Assembly: GCA_046563655.1 (NCBI GenBank)
Contig: CM102285.1
Coordinates: 12,958,001-13,022,000 of the forward strand
Direction: 5' to 3'
DNA: 64,000 nucleotides
Source: Yuukianura sp. NJ FZ-2021
Lineage: Eukaryota
A program made the translations under genes and the position numbers. The notes beneath the pieces are model-generated. The model was not told where the DNA came from. It did no database searches and saw only the letters and a list, made by a program, of their open reading frames with translations. Positions 13,901-25,182 of this stretch are shown piece after piece (positions within the stretch are counted from its first letter, which is position 1; every line of letters begins with the position of its first letter).

Positions 13901-15495
13901 TTATTTGCCTTGTTGTTGCTAACCGGCAACTGTTCATTATTTCAATTCCTCTAACCTAACTGGAGGAAATTCAATCACAATTTCTAACGGATGTTACATC
14001 ATCCTAAAACCAGCATTCGTGACATTCATGCCTCTTTTACAGACTAAACCAATGCAAAGTAGAAAGTGTAAAAGCATTCATGTTCCAAGGGCACCGAAAT
14101 CCGAAAAAAATTCCCGATTAGTACTAAGTACGTACATCTAAAAACCAAAAACACAAATGTAAATGTAAAAACCAAAAATCCGAAACTAACTCTAACTGGA
14201 TCAACGATTGTGGTCGTGGTCAGGGATCGTACCATTAGAAAACCTAGTGACGTTGTCACGCAAGAGTATGACCGTGAATCACGAATGAAAGACATATGAA
14301 ATACGATTACTGAATACTGAACCCTAGAAAAATTGACATTACCGAAGTCTTTGACCTTTAACTACGAACTTGTTCAGATTGTGATGCAATTTCAAAACAT
14401 AAGAAAGGAAGCAAGAGTGCCTCTTTTATCATCAATCACGTACTACTCAACCAAATTGACAGAAACATGACACTTCCTAGCTCTCTCTCAAGCTCTTACA
14501 ACCCGAAAATCAGTAATCATACTTATGAATATTGCAAGTTCTTATGAAATCATCCCTGCTGATGCTGACAGTATCAATTCGAAAAGCTTAATACGCAAAA
14601 ATTGTGAGTACGACGTTGATAGCGCAAGATTTCTTAAAGTTCGCTTCTTAAGAACTCAACACTCCTGTCTTGATTAAATCGTCACTTGGCACGGTTCAAG
14701 GCAATTAACCCTGCTGTTGTTATGATTAGCTACTCGCTATTGATGTTAGCCTAACATCAACATCAGGTCATCCCACGACACGATCCCAGTGTTAGATCAC
14801 CACTACTTATGGATGGACTACGAACGTCAACAAATCAAAGGATTAGCATATCTAGCAATCCAAACACTTAAAACATAACAGATAACAAGGACAACAAACG
14901 ATACATTACGTACTTATAACCGTCACCCATCTAACGTAAAACTCATCCTGTTATGTCACCTTATCAATCAGCTGACCCAAAATGTATTGCCGTAACTCTT
15001 ACGTATTATGTAAACTTACCATTCCAAGTGACACGTGAAAGAGCCGTTAAGTTTGAAGAGATTTCGGACAGTAGTGTCCCTGGTCTCCTCAGTAGTCCCT
15101 CTCGGTATTGATTGCTTCAAGTGTTGTTGTTTCTTCTTATTCAATTACTTTTAATCCTTGTGTATCTTCTTCTTGACCTACTTCCGCTTCCGCAGCTTCA
15201 CACTTTCTCAAAGATTTTGACTTGAATTTAAGCCTTCTCTTTACTGATGGGACATAAACGTTAATGCAATGTCTTTCTCCGAAATTTGGAATTTGAGTTA
15301 ATCGATTGAAAACGAGCAAGGTAAAATTTGTGGCTCTCCGAAGGTCAACCCACTCACGAATACTCGGAAATAACTTGACGACACAAATTCAATAAAATCC
15401 GAAATTTTCTTCCTATCTCCACCCTCTGCCCACTTTTGTGCTAAAAAATGTAAGCATGATATGCGTATAGCACATTGCGTCAGATTTTACTCTTC

Positions 15496-15507
15496 TGCGC
15501 ATGCGCA
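15496..15507. promoter_or_regulatory. NRF-1/Erect-wing type site in the probable IP6K promoter
   Basis: Perfect palindrome TGCGCATGCGCA upstream of a candidate non-coding IP6K exon that ends at a GTAAGT donor near 15019. Confidence 0.5.
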
Positions 15508-15927
15508 AATATTGAATCGAATCGAGAAATTTCTTTTGTTTTCACTCTCTAACTTTCTCTACTTCCCACGCTTTCTCTCGTTTCTGACACTTTCTCCTAC
15601 TTTTACCGTTTGTTGACCTCATTGACCTCATTTCTTCCCTGGATTTTTCCATTTCACTTAAATTGAAATTTTATGAAAAAATTTATTACTTTATTCATTT
15701 TTTTAAACAATTTATACGTTAATTTAATACTTTTGATAAACAAATTTTTTAGTTTTCGGATAATCCAGATTTCTTTTTGCTTTAGTTTGACGCCGCTTAA
15801 ACTTTTCTCAAATTCAATCATATTAATTACTCTTTGAAAATTTTAGATTCGTAATTTGTGAAACTCTAAACTGCATGTTTATCTGGAGCCGATTAATCCA
15901 GTGTGCAATTTCAATTTCATCTTTGTT

Positions 15928-17456
15928 CTAATTGGTGTGTGGCCATGCTGAGTGGATTTTAACTTCTTTTTCTATACGATGGCCCAAATGATGCACACTG
16001 GCAGCATCAGCATCTCCAGAGTCAGATCCATGCTGTTGTTGATGTTGTGGAGTAGAATTGACGTTTCGTTGTGGGTAAGTGTTGACATTGAGGCTGAAAA
16101 CGTCCGGTCGACTATAGTGTCCAGCAACGTCCAAGTCCAATTTTCCACGGATACAGTCGTCCAGATCCAAATCAGCGTAGAGAATCGCCTCTTCGTCAAA
16201 AACTGGTCCAGCAAGGTACTTTCCAAGTGGAGAAACAATGCAACTTCCTCCATGGCTGATGATAAAGTTTCCGCTTTTGTCACTTCCGTCTGTCATCTTT
16301 TCAAATCCATGATCCAAGAATCCAGCAGGAAAATCAGACTTCCGATTGAACTGGTTGCAGCTCAAGACGAAACAACGACCTTCCAAGGCAATGTGTCTCA
16401 CAGTGGCATTCCATTCGTCAGTTCCATCAGCATTTGGAGCACAGTAGATTTGGATTCCTAGAAAATTCAAATTTTTAAATTCCGTTTTCTTCCAAATTCT
16501 TATTAGAAAGCTAAGAAATTGAATGTGAAAGTTACCTTTTTGGTACATGTTCATGCGGACAAGGGGCATGTAATTTTCCCAGCAAATGACACTTCCCAGT
16601 TTGCCAATCGGTGTGTCATAAACTGGCATTGTAGATCCATCTCCACGTCCCCAGACCATTCGTTCGTAAAACGTTGGAATCAGTTTCCGATGTTTGCCAA
16701 GGAACACTCCATGGTCATCAAAATGGACAACACAGCAGTAGAGCGTTCCAAGTTCACGTTCGATGACGCCTACAACGAGATAGACATGGTTGGCCTTGGC
16801 AATGGCCGAAAGGCGGTCAACAATTGGCCCTGGAATTTCTATCGAAGACTCCCAGTATTTCTTGTACTTTTCTCGTCCAGCCTAAAAAATCGAAATGGTT
16901 AAAATGAAATTAGGGGTTTAAATCCGGATTTTTGTTCCGGATTTAGATCCGGATTCTTCCAAATCCGGATTTGGAAATTTAAATCCGGATCCTTCCAAAT
17001 CAGGATTTGGAACAAATTGAATCCGGATTTTTGTGAATTTTAGTAGTCAAATTTCCTGGGTGGGAAAAACCCAAAAAATTCTTATTGCAAATCGTATGTA
17101 TTTAAAATCCGTCAAAATCCGAAATCCGGATTTCTAAAAATCCGGACAGATTCACACCCTTAATTGAAACCAAGTTTTCAGTTATTTCCAAAATTTGTGG
17201 CTCTTTTTTTTTTACTTACGTCAGCGCCACCTCCGTAGTACTCATTTCCGGCTCCGAAGAACGATCCTCTGGGATACGCTGACAGAAACGCTTCTGGAAA
17301 CATGACTAACTGGGCGTCCTTTGTTGCAGCGACCTTCGTCAGTTGTTCCAGTTTGGCCATGCATCCTTCAAGGTCAAATGCAACCGAACCGGTTTGAACT
17401 ACAGCGACACGGAGGTTGTTCGTCTCAGTCGTTCCGGAATTTGTCTTGGCCGACAT
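15928..17456 (-). CDS. Branch-1 nitrilase (plant NIT4/bacterial/fungal-like, carbon-nitrogen hydrolase family)
   Basis: Exons 17456-17220, 16881-16536 and 16457-15928. Intact Glu-Lys-Cys triad in FPEAF, GKHRKLIPT and ICWENYMP, plus ER.VWG.GDGS, HIALEGRCFVLS and DVAGHYSRPDVF motifs typical of true nitrilases. Confidence 0.93.
16910..17163. mobile_element. Probable non-autonomous element (MITE-like) with internal AAATCCGGATTT palindromic repeats, in nitrilase intron 1
   Basis: About 8 copies of (A)ATCCGGAT(T). The ends TTAGGGGTTTAAATC and GATTCACACCCTTAA are imperfect inverted repeats. Confidence 0.55.
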
Positions 17457-17574
17457 TATGATTTGAAAATGCAGCGGACTTTCACGTTAGTTAAGCAGAC
17501 GCCAGCAAGTGAACTGAAACTGAACTACTGCTGTGGCGTGTAATGGTTCCAGATCTGACTAAAGTGTCCTTGGA

Positions 17575-17582
17575 TATTTATA
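17575..17582 (-). promoter_or_regulatory. TATA box of the nitrilase gene
   Basis: TATAAATA on the minus strand about 120 nt upstream of the ATG at 17456. Confidence 0.6.
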
Positions 17583-20083
17583 GCCCTCCATGCACTTCAG
17601 TTTAACGACATGTAATAAGACTTTAACTTTAAGTTTAAAGTGATACGGTATCAGAAAAGATATCGTTTGCTTAAAGTTTGAAGAGAATGATGCAAGAACA
17701 GTCATAAAGATGTAATGCTGCTTTTTCTTTTGGTTCAAGTGGTGTGACTTTTAAAATCTTCAGGATACAAAACATGAACAATCTTTGGCTTAACCTTCTA
17801 ATCCTAATCTCCTAACACAACACAATATTACAGTTAACATTAACAATTCGAGTCCTAAACTTGATACAAATGTCAATTCAATGACAAACAAATCCTTGGA
17901 ATGACAAAAAAAGTTTGTAGTATCTTTACCCCGTTGAATAAAAATTATAATTCGCATTACCAAAATTGTTTCTTAAATTCTTCAGATTCTGACTGAATGT
18001 CTATTTTTCGAACAAAACAAGTTATATTTTACACAATTAATTGAATATTTAGTACATTAATTGAGTTAGTGCCGATTGACTTTGGTTAATTCATATTCCA
18101 AACACATTTTCATGTGTTAGCGTGGAGAAAGCCCAGAGAAAGTGAAAGTGTTGCGGAGGAGGAGTTTCCCCCTACCACTTTCTCCGTCGACCCCTCGCCC
18201 CTCGTTTTAATCTTGGCATAGTCCGGTTCCTATACTAACCGTAGTAAGGAGTAACTGTACTTTATAGTTTCGTTGATCATCTTTTAATTAACTTAACAAC
18301 TTTAGTCATTTAGTTAATGTAGTAACTGTAAACGTTAAGACAATAACGTGATCGTCACGGTTCAGGATCTTTCGACGGACAAACGTTTACATAATACCAG
18401 CTGATCAGAGGTCACCCGGAAAACAGGGAGTAAAACTCTTCGTGGCGCAAATCGCTTGATTTTTTGATTTTTAATTGATTTAATTTAAAGTGGTTAGGTT
18501 AATTGACTTAACTTGGTTACACTCAGAGCTTTGACATACAGAAGGTGTTTCAGTGAATGTTGACTGAAGGAGTAATCGGCTGATCACAGCTACCGGTAAG
18601 TCGTATCTGCAGTTCACTGCAATAAATGTATTGAAAGGTCCCCTCCCCTGTGTTGTTTGTGTGTGTTTACCGTTACTTTTTTTCTTCTTCGTCTGGTTCT
18701 GGATTTGACCTTCATTTGATTGACATAGGGAACGGAACAGGATGATTGATGGTCATGATCAAATTCAGAACGTGTCATGTCGCTGAAAGTAGCTAGTACT
18801 AGACTACTAACTACTCGTCCGATCAGAAGTTATTAGTCATTCTTTCTTTTGTTGTCTTCCATGTGCTTTCGGAGTGTTTTATCATATTAATTCAAGTCCT
18901 ACACTTGAATCGAATCCCACTTTAATGCACTAAAAGGTAACAGAAGTACTTGTGTACTGCCACGCTTGAAACGCTGATAAAGGTGGTGCTCTAACATTAT
19001 GTTACACTAATTTTTTGGCTGAAGCATTACGGACAGTAATCCTAACTCATTTAACTTAACTTCACTTGAATCTTTAAAAATTAACAAACTGCTAAACCAC
19101 TTGTTGGAAAAAGATGTTTTCTTAGGAAAGTCTAAATTTATTCGCCCCCTTGTCATGAATCGGAAGAAGTGTTGTAATTTCAATGAATTCAATTTCCTAT
19201 TAATCGTTTTTTGTGCGTCTCGTCGCTTGCGAAATTTATCTTCTCAAGTTTCAAGAGACAATGGAGCATTCGTTGACCACAGAAACTTAAACAATTTCAA
19301 TTAAAAATGAAAGTTAATTAGTTGAACACTTCAAAAATATGTCACCACACCCATTAGCTCGTGAGGCTTGAGGTGATTGATTATGGAGTGAATCGTGAAG
19401 ATCAGTGGAATCCAGTTTTACTGTATCCAGTAAACAGGAACAAGTTTTATTTTTTCATGGACATTTTTTCTGGACATGTCGGGAGGTCACGCCGCCAGAC
19501 TGTCGCCATTCATATTTAAAGTCAAGTCGTCAATTTTCGTTTTTGTATTGTTTTTAACTAATTTTTTTTTGTTGATTTGAAGGTCAGCCTTGACGAACGG
19601 ATAAAAGAAGGCTAGTTATCACTGGAAGGAAGAATTCTTCGACACGATTCCAGTGAAAATTGAGAAGATATCTATGGGACAACCTGTTCATGACTGATAG
19701 GAGATTCTGATTATGGGAACAAGAGGAAGGTCAACTACAAGATCACTTCAACTGAAGAATTTCGTCTTCACATCTTTACATTGCTGTCACGTTCCCGTCA
19801 TCGCTAAGCGCTTGAAAGGAGAGGAGCACACAAAAGGAGCTCAGAAGGGCCCTCAGACTACTAATTGCAATTTCAGTTGAATCGCTGCATTCGTCTTAGT
19901 CCGCCTTCTCTACTTTGGATCAGCGCACAAGACAACCAGCCTCTTTGTAGCAACAGACCTTATCTTCCTTCCAGGCGTTTTGCCGCAACGTGTGCATACG
20001 GCATACGAATAGTAAGTTGCTTGAGAGCCACTCAAGAAGATATAACCGTAATCTGGCTTCTCCACACCAACAACACAAATTAA

Positions 20084-20287
20084 GGTTGAGGTAAGCTTTA
20101 ACGACCGTCAATGTAGCCGCACAGTGTAGCCGCTGGCGGCCATCTTGGGTGGCGACAAGCGAAGTTTTCTCACAAGCGGCTTCAAATATTGACGCACAAG
20201 TGTAGCCACCCATTGTGGCCGCTCAAGATGGCCGCCAGTGGCTACACTGTGCGGATACAGTGAAGGTCGTTAAAGCTTACCTCAACC
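20084..20287. mobile_element. MITE with roughly 75-bp terminal inverted repeats and an 8-bp target-site duplication
   Basis: The left end GGTTGAGGTAAGCTTTAACGACC...GGCGGCCATCTTG matches the reverse complement of the right end. Identical CAAATTAA flanks at 20076-20083 and 20288-20295. Confidence 0.9.
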
Positions 20288-20526
20288 CAAATTAACAGAC
20301 TCATTAAGTAATTTTGAATGTGGATAAGTGATTTCGAGTGGCACTCCACCTCATGTGTAGTCACGTCTTTGAATCCCGTGATGAATTTAGGAGTGTGATT
20401 CTCTGACTCTTGGAGCCTAATTGGAAATCAAGTTTCAATTAAGACACGGCGATTAGTTCTTCTGCAACAAATTCTGCAGGTCACTCTTCCTCGGGTTCTT
20501 CAACTTTCAACATCTCCTCCTAAAAG

Positions 20527-21398
20527 ATGGTGAAAGAGAAGCCGAATTCTACCCGGATTTACGACGACGAGGGGTTTCGCCAACGAGCTGCCTGTCTTTG
20601 TGTGAAGAATGAATCGGAGTCAGAAGTAAGTCAATTTCATAGCCGCAGCATTTGCTTATCATTGTTTACTTAATAATTTATGAGTCGTTTGCCTAACACT
20701 TTAACGAGTTGGTAACTTTTCATTGACAGATTCTGCTTGTGTCGTCTTCAAGAAACAAAGACCAGTGGATCGTTCCTGGTGGTGGCGTTGAGCCAGAAGA
20801 AACTGCTTCTGTGGCTGCCGTCCGAGAAGTGATTGAAGAAGCAGGAGTGATGGGGAAAATTGATCGGTGTCTTGGGGTCTTCGAGGTCAGCGAGGTACCC
20901 TAAAACTCTGTTTTATTCTCCTAGTATCATACACTAATAATATGAAATATCCGATTCCACAGAACAATGAACGGAGACATCGAACTGCTGTTTACGTTCT
21001 TGTAGTCACTGAAGAGCTTCCAGAATGGGAAGATGGTCGAGACATTGGTAAAGCTCAAACTTTTTGATGCCATCTCATGCTTTTGCTCCTGGTTTCAGAT
21101 TTACTTTGATTTTCCAGGACGTAAACGGAAATGGTTCCCAATTGACGAAGCTCTCGAACATCTTGCGGCCAATAAACCAGTTCACCTCACCTACCTTCAG
21201 CATTTAAGGCGACAGAAAAAGGGCGAAGAAGTCACAACTACTGTCGTAAGTCCTCAAAAGTATTGGCAATACTGTGTACCAAAGCAATTCTAAAATTTTT
21301 CTTAATGTTAGGTTGGCGACAATTCCACAACGACCGGTGACAATAACGGAGCCTTGTCGGAGCCTCCCGTTTCAGACGCTGCGGCTGGAACGACGTAA
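20527..21398 (+). CDS. Aps: Diphosphoinositol polyphosphate phosphohydrolase (DIPP, NUDT3/Aps family Nudix hydrolase)
   Basis: Exons 20527-20625, 20730-20885, 20963-21047, 21118-21245 and 21312-21398. MVKEKPNSTRIYDDEGFRQRAACLCV, ILLVSSSR, Nudix box GGGVEPEETASVAAVREVIEEAGV, HRT and WED...IGRKRKWF are DIPP signatures. Confidence 0.95.
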
Positions 21399-22471
21399 CA
21401 TCGTAATTCATTGGCTTTTTCAGATCGCGTGTTATTGAACAAAGCCAATTAGCTTCTTCTTTAATTAATTTCATGCTAAGTTAGTGCATAATCGTTAAAA
21501 GCCAAAACCTTCGGCCGATATGCTCATGATAATAGGCGGACGAGCAGCATGAACTTGTTGCTGAAATCCTCATTCCTTTCTACTACATTAATTGATAATA
21601 ATTGTTAGTTGAGGAATGTAATTTTTAAGGTAGTGAATGTGTAGATGTAAAGACGGGTTGCGTTTAGAGCATGCCAATGATCAAACGCAACAAAGGACGA
21701 TAAGCAAACATGGGACGAGCCAATTCATCTTTGTAATGTTCTTTAAATTGTTAAGCTCAGCCGTATGTTACGAACGATTAGAATTGTGAACTTAATCGAT
21801 CAGTATATTCCAATTCGAACGATTTCAAATTAGGCTTGATTCGGATTTCGCAATTTTGTTTCGTAAATTTCCGTTTGAAATAACAGCGTTCAATCCTCAA
21901 TTATCTTCGGATTGTCAGTTTGCAGATTGAAAAATATTGAGAATAAACTCAAGCAAATTCAAATTCAAATGTAATTTCAAAGTTTAAGGTTTCTAATGAA
22001 TGCAGGATGAATTTCTTTTGTTAAGGTTGATCGAGTGTCACTGTTATTCCAGACGTTAGATTACAAACAGACAAGTATTGCTTGCCTACACCAAAAAAAT
22101 AACATTATTAGCACCTTTAACCTTTATAGAGGTCAAGCTCTAATAATGCTAATTTGCTAATAATGCTAATTTTTGATCTTCTTCAACCAGGTTAACTGAA
22201 GTTCTGTCACAAAACCGTAAAACAAAAGAAATTAGTACGTTACTTTAACTTTCAAGTGAAAAATGGAAAACAAACTAAAACTTAAACAAATCAATCAATC
22301 GAAAATGTGTACCCAACATCTTACTTTCGTTTTTGTGCGATTTGAAAGTTACGAGTTTATTTGGTGTCAAATTTGTCTTTTTTGCCAATCAATATCAGTA
22401 TCATCTAAAACCGGAACCTTTTTTGAAAGTTAAAAGTTGCGTTGCGTTAAAAAATCGTTGCGTTCTGTTCC

Positions 22472-23001
22472 TTAGTAGTAAGCTGGTCCCCAGCGACGAC
22501 GGTGGTAAGGAAGTCCGTATCCCGGGAGTCCGTATCCTGGCAAAACAGGGGCTGCGCCTGCGTAGAACGGTGGCACAACTGCACCGTAGCCGGCGTAGAA
22601 TCCAGGCAATCCAAATCCGAGCAAGATCGTGTCCGCAGTGTTCAGATCTGCAGTAGAAGCGTCTTTTTCTGAAGTATCGGCAACAACATCATGAGGCTTA
22701 GCAGATTCTGACGTCGTCGTGACCTTGACATCTTCGTTGACCTTGGCAGGTTCCACAGCGACATCGGATTTCGGAGCTTCTGGTTCAGCGACACGAGCTT
22801 CTTCGGATGGAGTCAACGGAGCTACGGGGACACTCCAGGCGGAACGAACGAAACAGAGGAGAGCAACGGCCAGGAAAATCTGAAAAACCAACAAATGAAT
22901 CAATTAGATTTGTCAATTACTGTCATACAGGACAATAACCTGCAGTAAGACGTTGCAGAGGTCAGAGGTCAAAGAGGTCAACTTACCTTGACTGATTCCA
23001 T
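22472..23001 (-). CDS. Secreted Gly/Tyr/Pro-rich protein with acidic pro-region (cuticle or structural-like)
   Basis: Micro-exon 23001-22987 (MESVK) plus 22879-22472. Signal peptide IFLAVALLCFVRSAWS, a DLNTADT motif, then GLPGY repeats. TATAAATA at 23149-23156 on the minus strand. Confidence 0.8.
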
Positions 23002-23607
23002 TGTGTCGAGAGAAGTTGAAATGTAAGCGATTAAAGCTTAGAGATGAGGTGTCTCAGCGTCTGGATCTTCTGGAAGTGAATTGACAGCGTGTCCGGCGTC
23101 CTTCTCTCGTAGTCTTGATCTGAGCAGAGGAGCAGGGCTGTGACCTCGTATTTATAGGGACCCTGGACATCGACCCCTCCAAGGTCAATTTGCATCTAAG
23201 ACAACAGAAAACGCCAAATGTATCTCAAAAATCAATTTGCAAATGAAATTTTGGCTTAAAATAGTCAGTTTCTAGAATTTTCTGTTCCTTTTGGACGCGA
23301 TTCCTGGAAATGCAAAAAAAAATGAACATTTAACTTAGAAAAACTAATTAAAAACTGCATTTTCCTAAAGCTAACTTAATTAACTGCGAGACATGTTAAA
23401 TTGCTAGACTTTTTTACACAGAGATTTGCAAGTTGTGAATTTTTTATTGGTTTACTTTGAATTTCAAACTTTTACATCGCTTTCCATCATTTTTACAGTT
23501 TATACATAAAAGTTAAATATTGAATTCATACTGATTTATGCAAAGTATTGTGTTTTTCTTGTGCATTATGAAATATTGGTTGCGTTTTTTGGCTTCTTCT
23601 GGAGAGT

Positions 23608-24185
23608 TCATTGAACGACACCGCGGCGCTGGATAACGAATCCAACGTGATCACCGCCTAAAAGCACAAATTCAATAGAATGCTAAAACTTTCGGTCAAG
23701 GTCAAGGGTCAAGTATCGTACGTGGAGCCATGCTGATGTCAAATTTCTGACTGGTGATGCGGAGGTACTTGAGATCATTGTTTGGATCCAATTCCCGCAC
23801 AATTGAGTTGCAGCGTTTCTCCAGCGTCATGAGTCCATCTACGAACAAGGTCGTAGCAGTACTGTCCATCGTAGTAGTCATCGGAATCCCTTCAAATTCA
23901 AACAATTCAGCATCGTCACATTCAAAAGTTAGGAAGGTCATAAGGTCATTCCATGAGAAAAACTACTGATTTGCTACCATCTCGATTGCAGACGATGACT
24001 CCATCCACTCCCTTGTGACCAGCAATCCGCTCCACCATTTTCTCAGCATCAGTCACAATCTGCAAATTCAGTTGCAAATTTTTAGCAAAAATGTAAATTG
24101 GATCGCGAATGTAGGAAATGTGAGTCTCTTTTTGTAAACTTCGACTTACCATGCCACCTTTCTTCGTTTGCTTCGTAGGAGACAT
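23608..24185 (-). CDS. robl: Dynein light chain roadblock/LC7 family protein (divergent)
   Basis: Exons 24185-24150, 24059-23978, 23889-23722 and 23657-23608. Motifs ERIAGHKGVDGVIVCNRDGIP, VRELDPNNDLKYLRI and MAP...FVIQ. Confidence 0.85.
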
Positions 24186-24386
24186 GATTCTGGAGTTTGA
24201 CCTTCAACCTTTGACCTTGTTGCAAAATAAGGTTGTGCTAAAAATGTTTTCGTACCTCTGCGGAATTCAAATAGAAACAAATGCAAATCCAAAAAATTCT
24301 CTGCTTTCCGTATGTATTGAATGATAGAACGTTTTCTAGGCATTTTGTTTATCAACTTTAGTTGAGTTGTGACCAAAATCAGCGTG

Positions 24387-24400
24387 GTAACCATGGCAAC
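24387..24400. promoter_or_regulatory. RFX X-box upstream of the roadblock gene
   Basis: GTAACCATGGCAAC, close to the X-box palindrome GTTGCCATGGCAAC, about 200 nt upstream of the roadblock ATG. Confidence 0.65.
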
Positions 24401-25182
24401 ATGTTTCCATAAAGCAAAAGTTACATAACCAAAGGCGACGCATAACACGAGTTTTCAGTTTTCGTGTTTGTTCTTTTGTTTTAAATTCACGCCATACAAA
24501 ATATTCACTTTTTCAAGTTTGGTGTTTCAAGAATGAAGAAATTCATTTCTTTTTAAATGGCGTTTAAACTTGCACGCATCAAAAACATTCTTTTTACTAC
24601 AAAATGTTGTTTGTGCCCAAAACGAATATTAAAATCATTGAAAATTGAATATTTTAACTTCAATTTTCATGTTGAAGCTCACATCTGCATTTTGTTGAAT
24701 GTTGAGCAAGATGTATCGCTGGACTTGAAGGTCAAGTTACACAATTAACAATTGAACGTTTCTAGAGTTCAATGATCAATGTTAAATCAGTTTCGTAATT
24801 CTGGGATGTTTTTTGACGCAATAATGTCTGTGTATGATTAAAAAGATGTTGAGATGATGATGACATTGTTCGAAGGCCGCAAAGTGACTCAGAGCTTCTG
24901 AATATGGGTCACACCTTACACACAAAGTGAACCTTAACATTGATATAGCCGAGCACTTAAGGGGCCAAACGAATCTTTTGCACCTTGATCTTAGACTCCA
25001 TAATTTGGCAAAATGCAAAACGAATATGCACACACAGGCTATTCAAGCGAGCAAGATCAATGGTAGAATGGGAGCACTTAAAGTGCCCATCTGAATAGTC
25101 GATGTCCTTCGTACTACTACTAGTTTAGATTAGTAACAAAATTACATAAATATTTATTAAATCGTTGTAGTTGCAAGTATCG

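Noticed and set aside
11000..15000. Short ORFs upstream of the IP6K coding region
   Set aside because: AT-rich with low coding signal; best explained as IP6K leader introns.
15928..17456. Nitrilase as bacterial contamination
   Set aside because: It has two spliceosomal introns, a TATA box and a repeat insertion, and is contiguous with animal genes.
25068..25122. Hairpin plus CTAG as a Helitron 3' end
   Set aside because: The hairpin-to-CTAG spacing is too long and no 5' TC end was identified.
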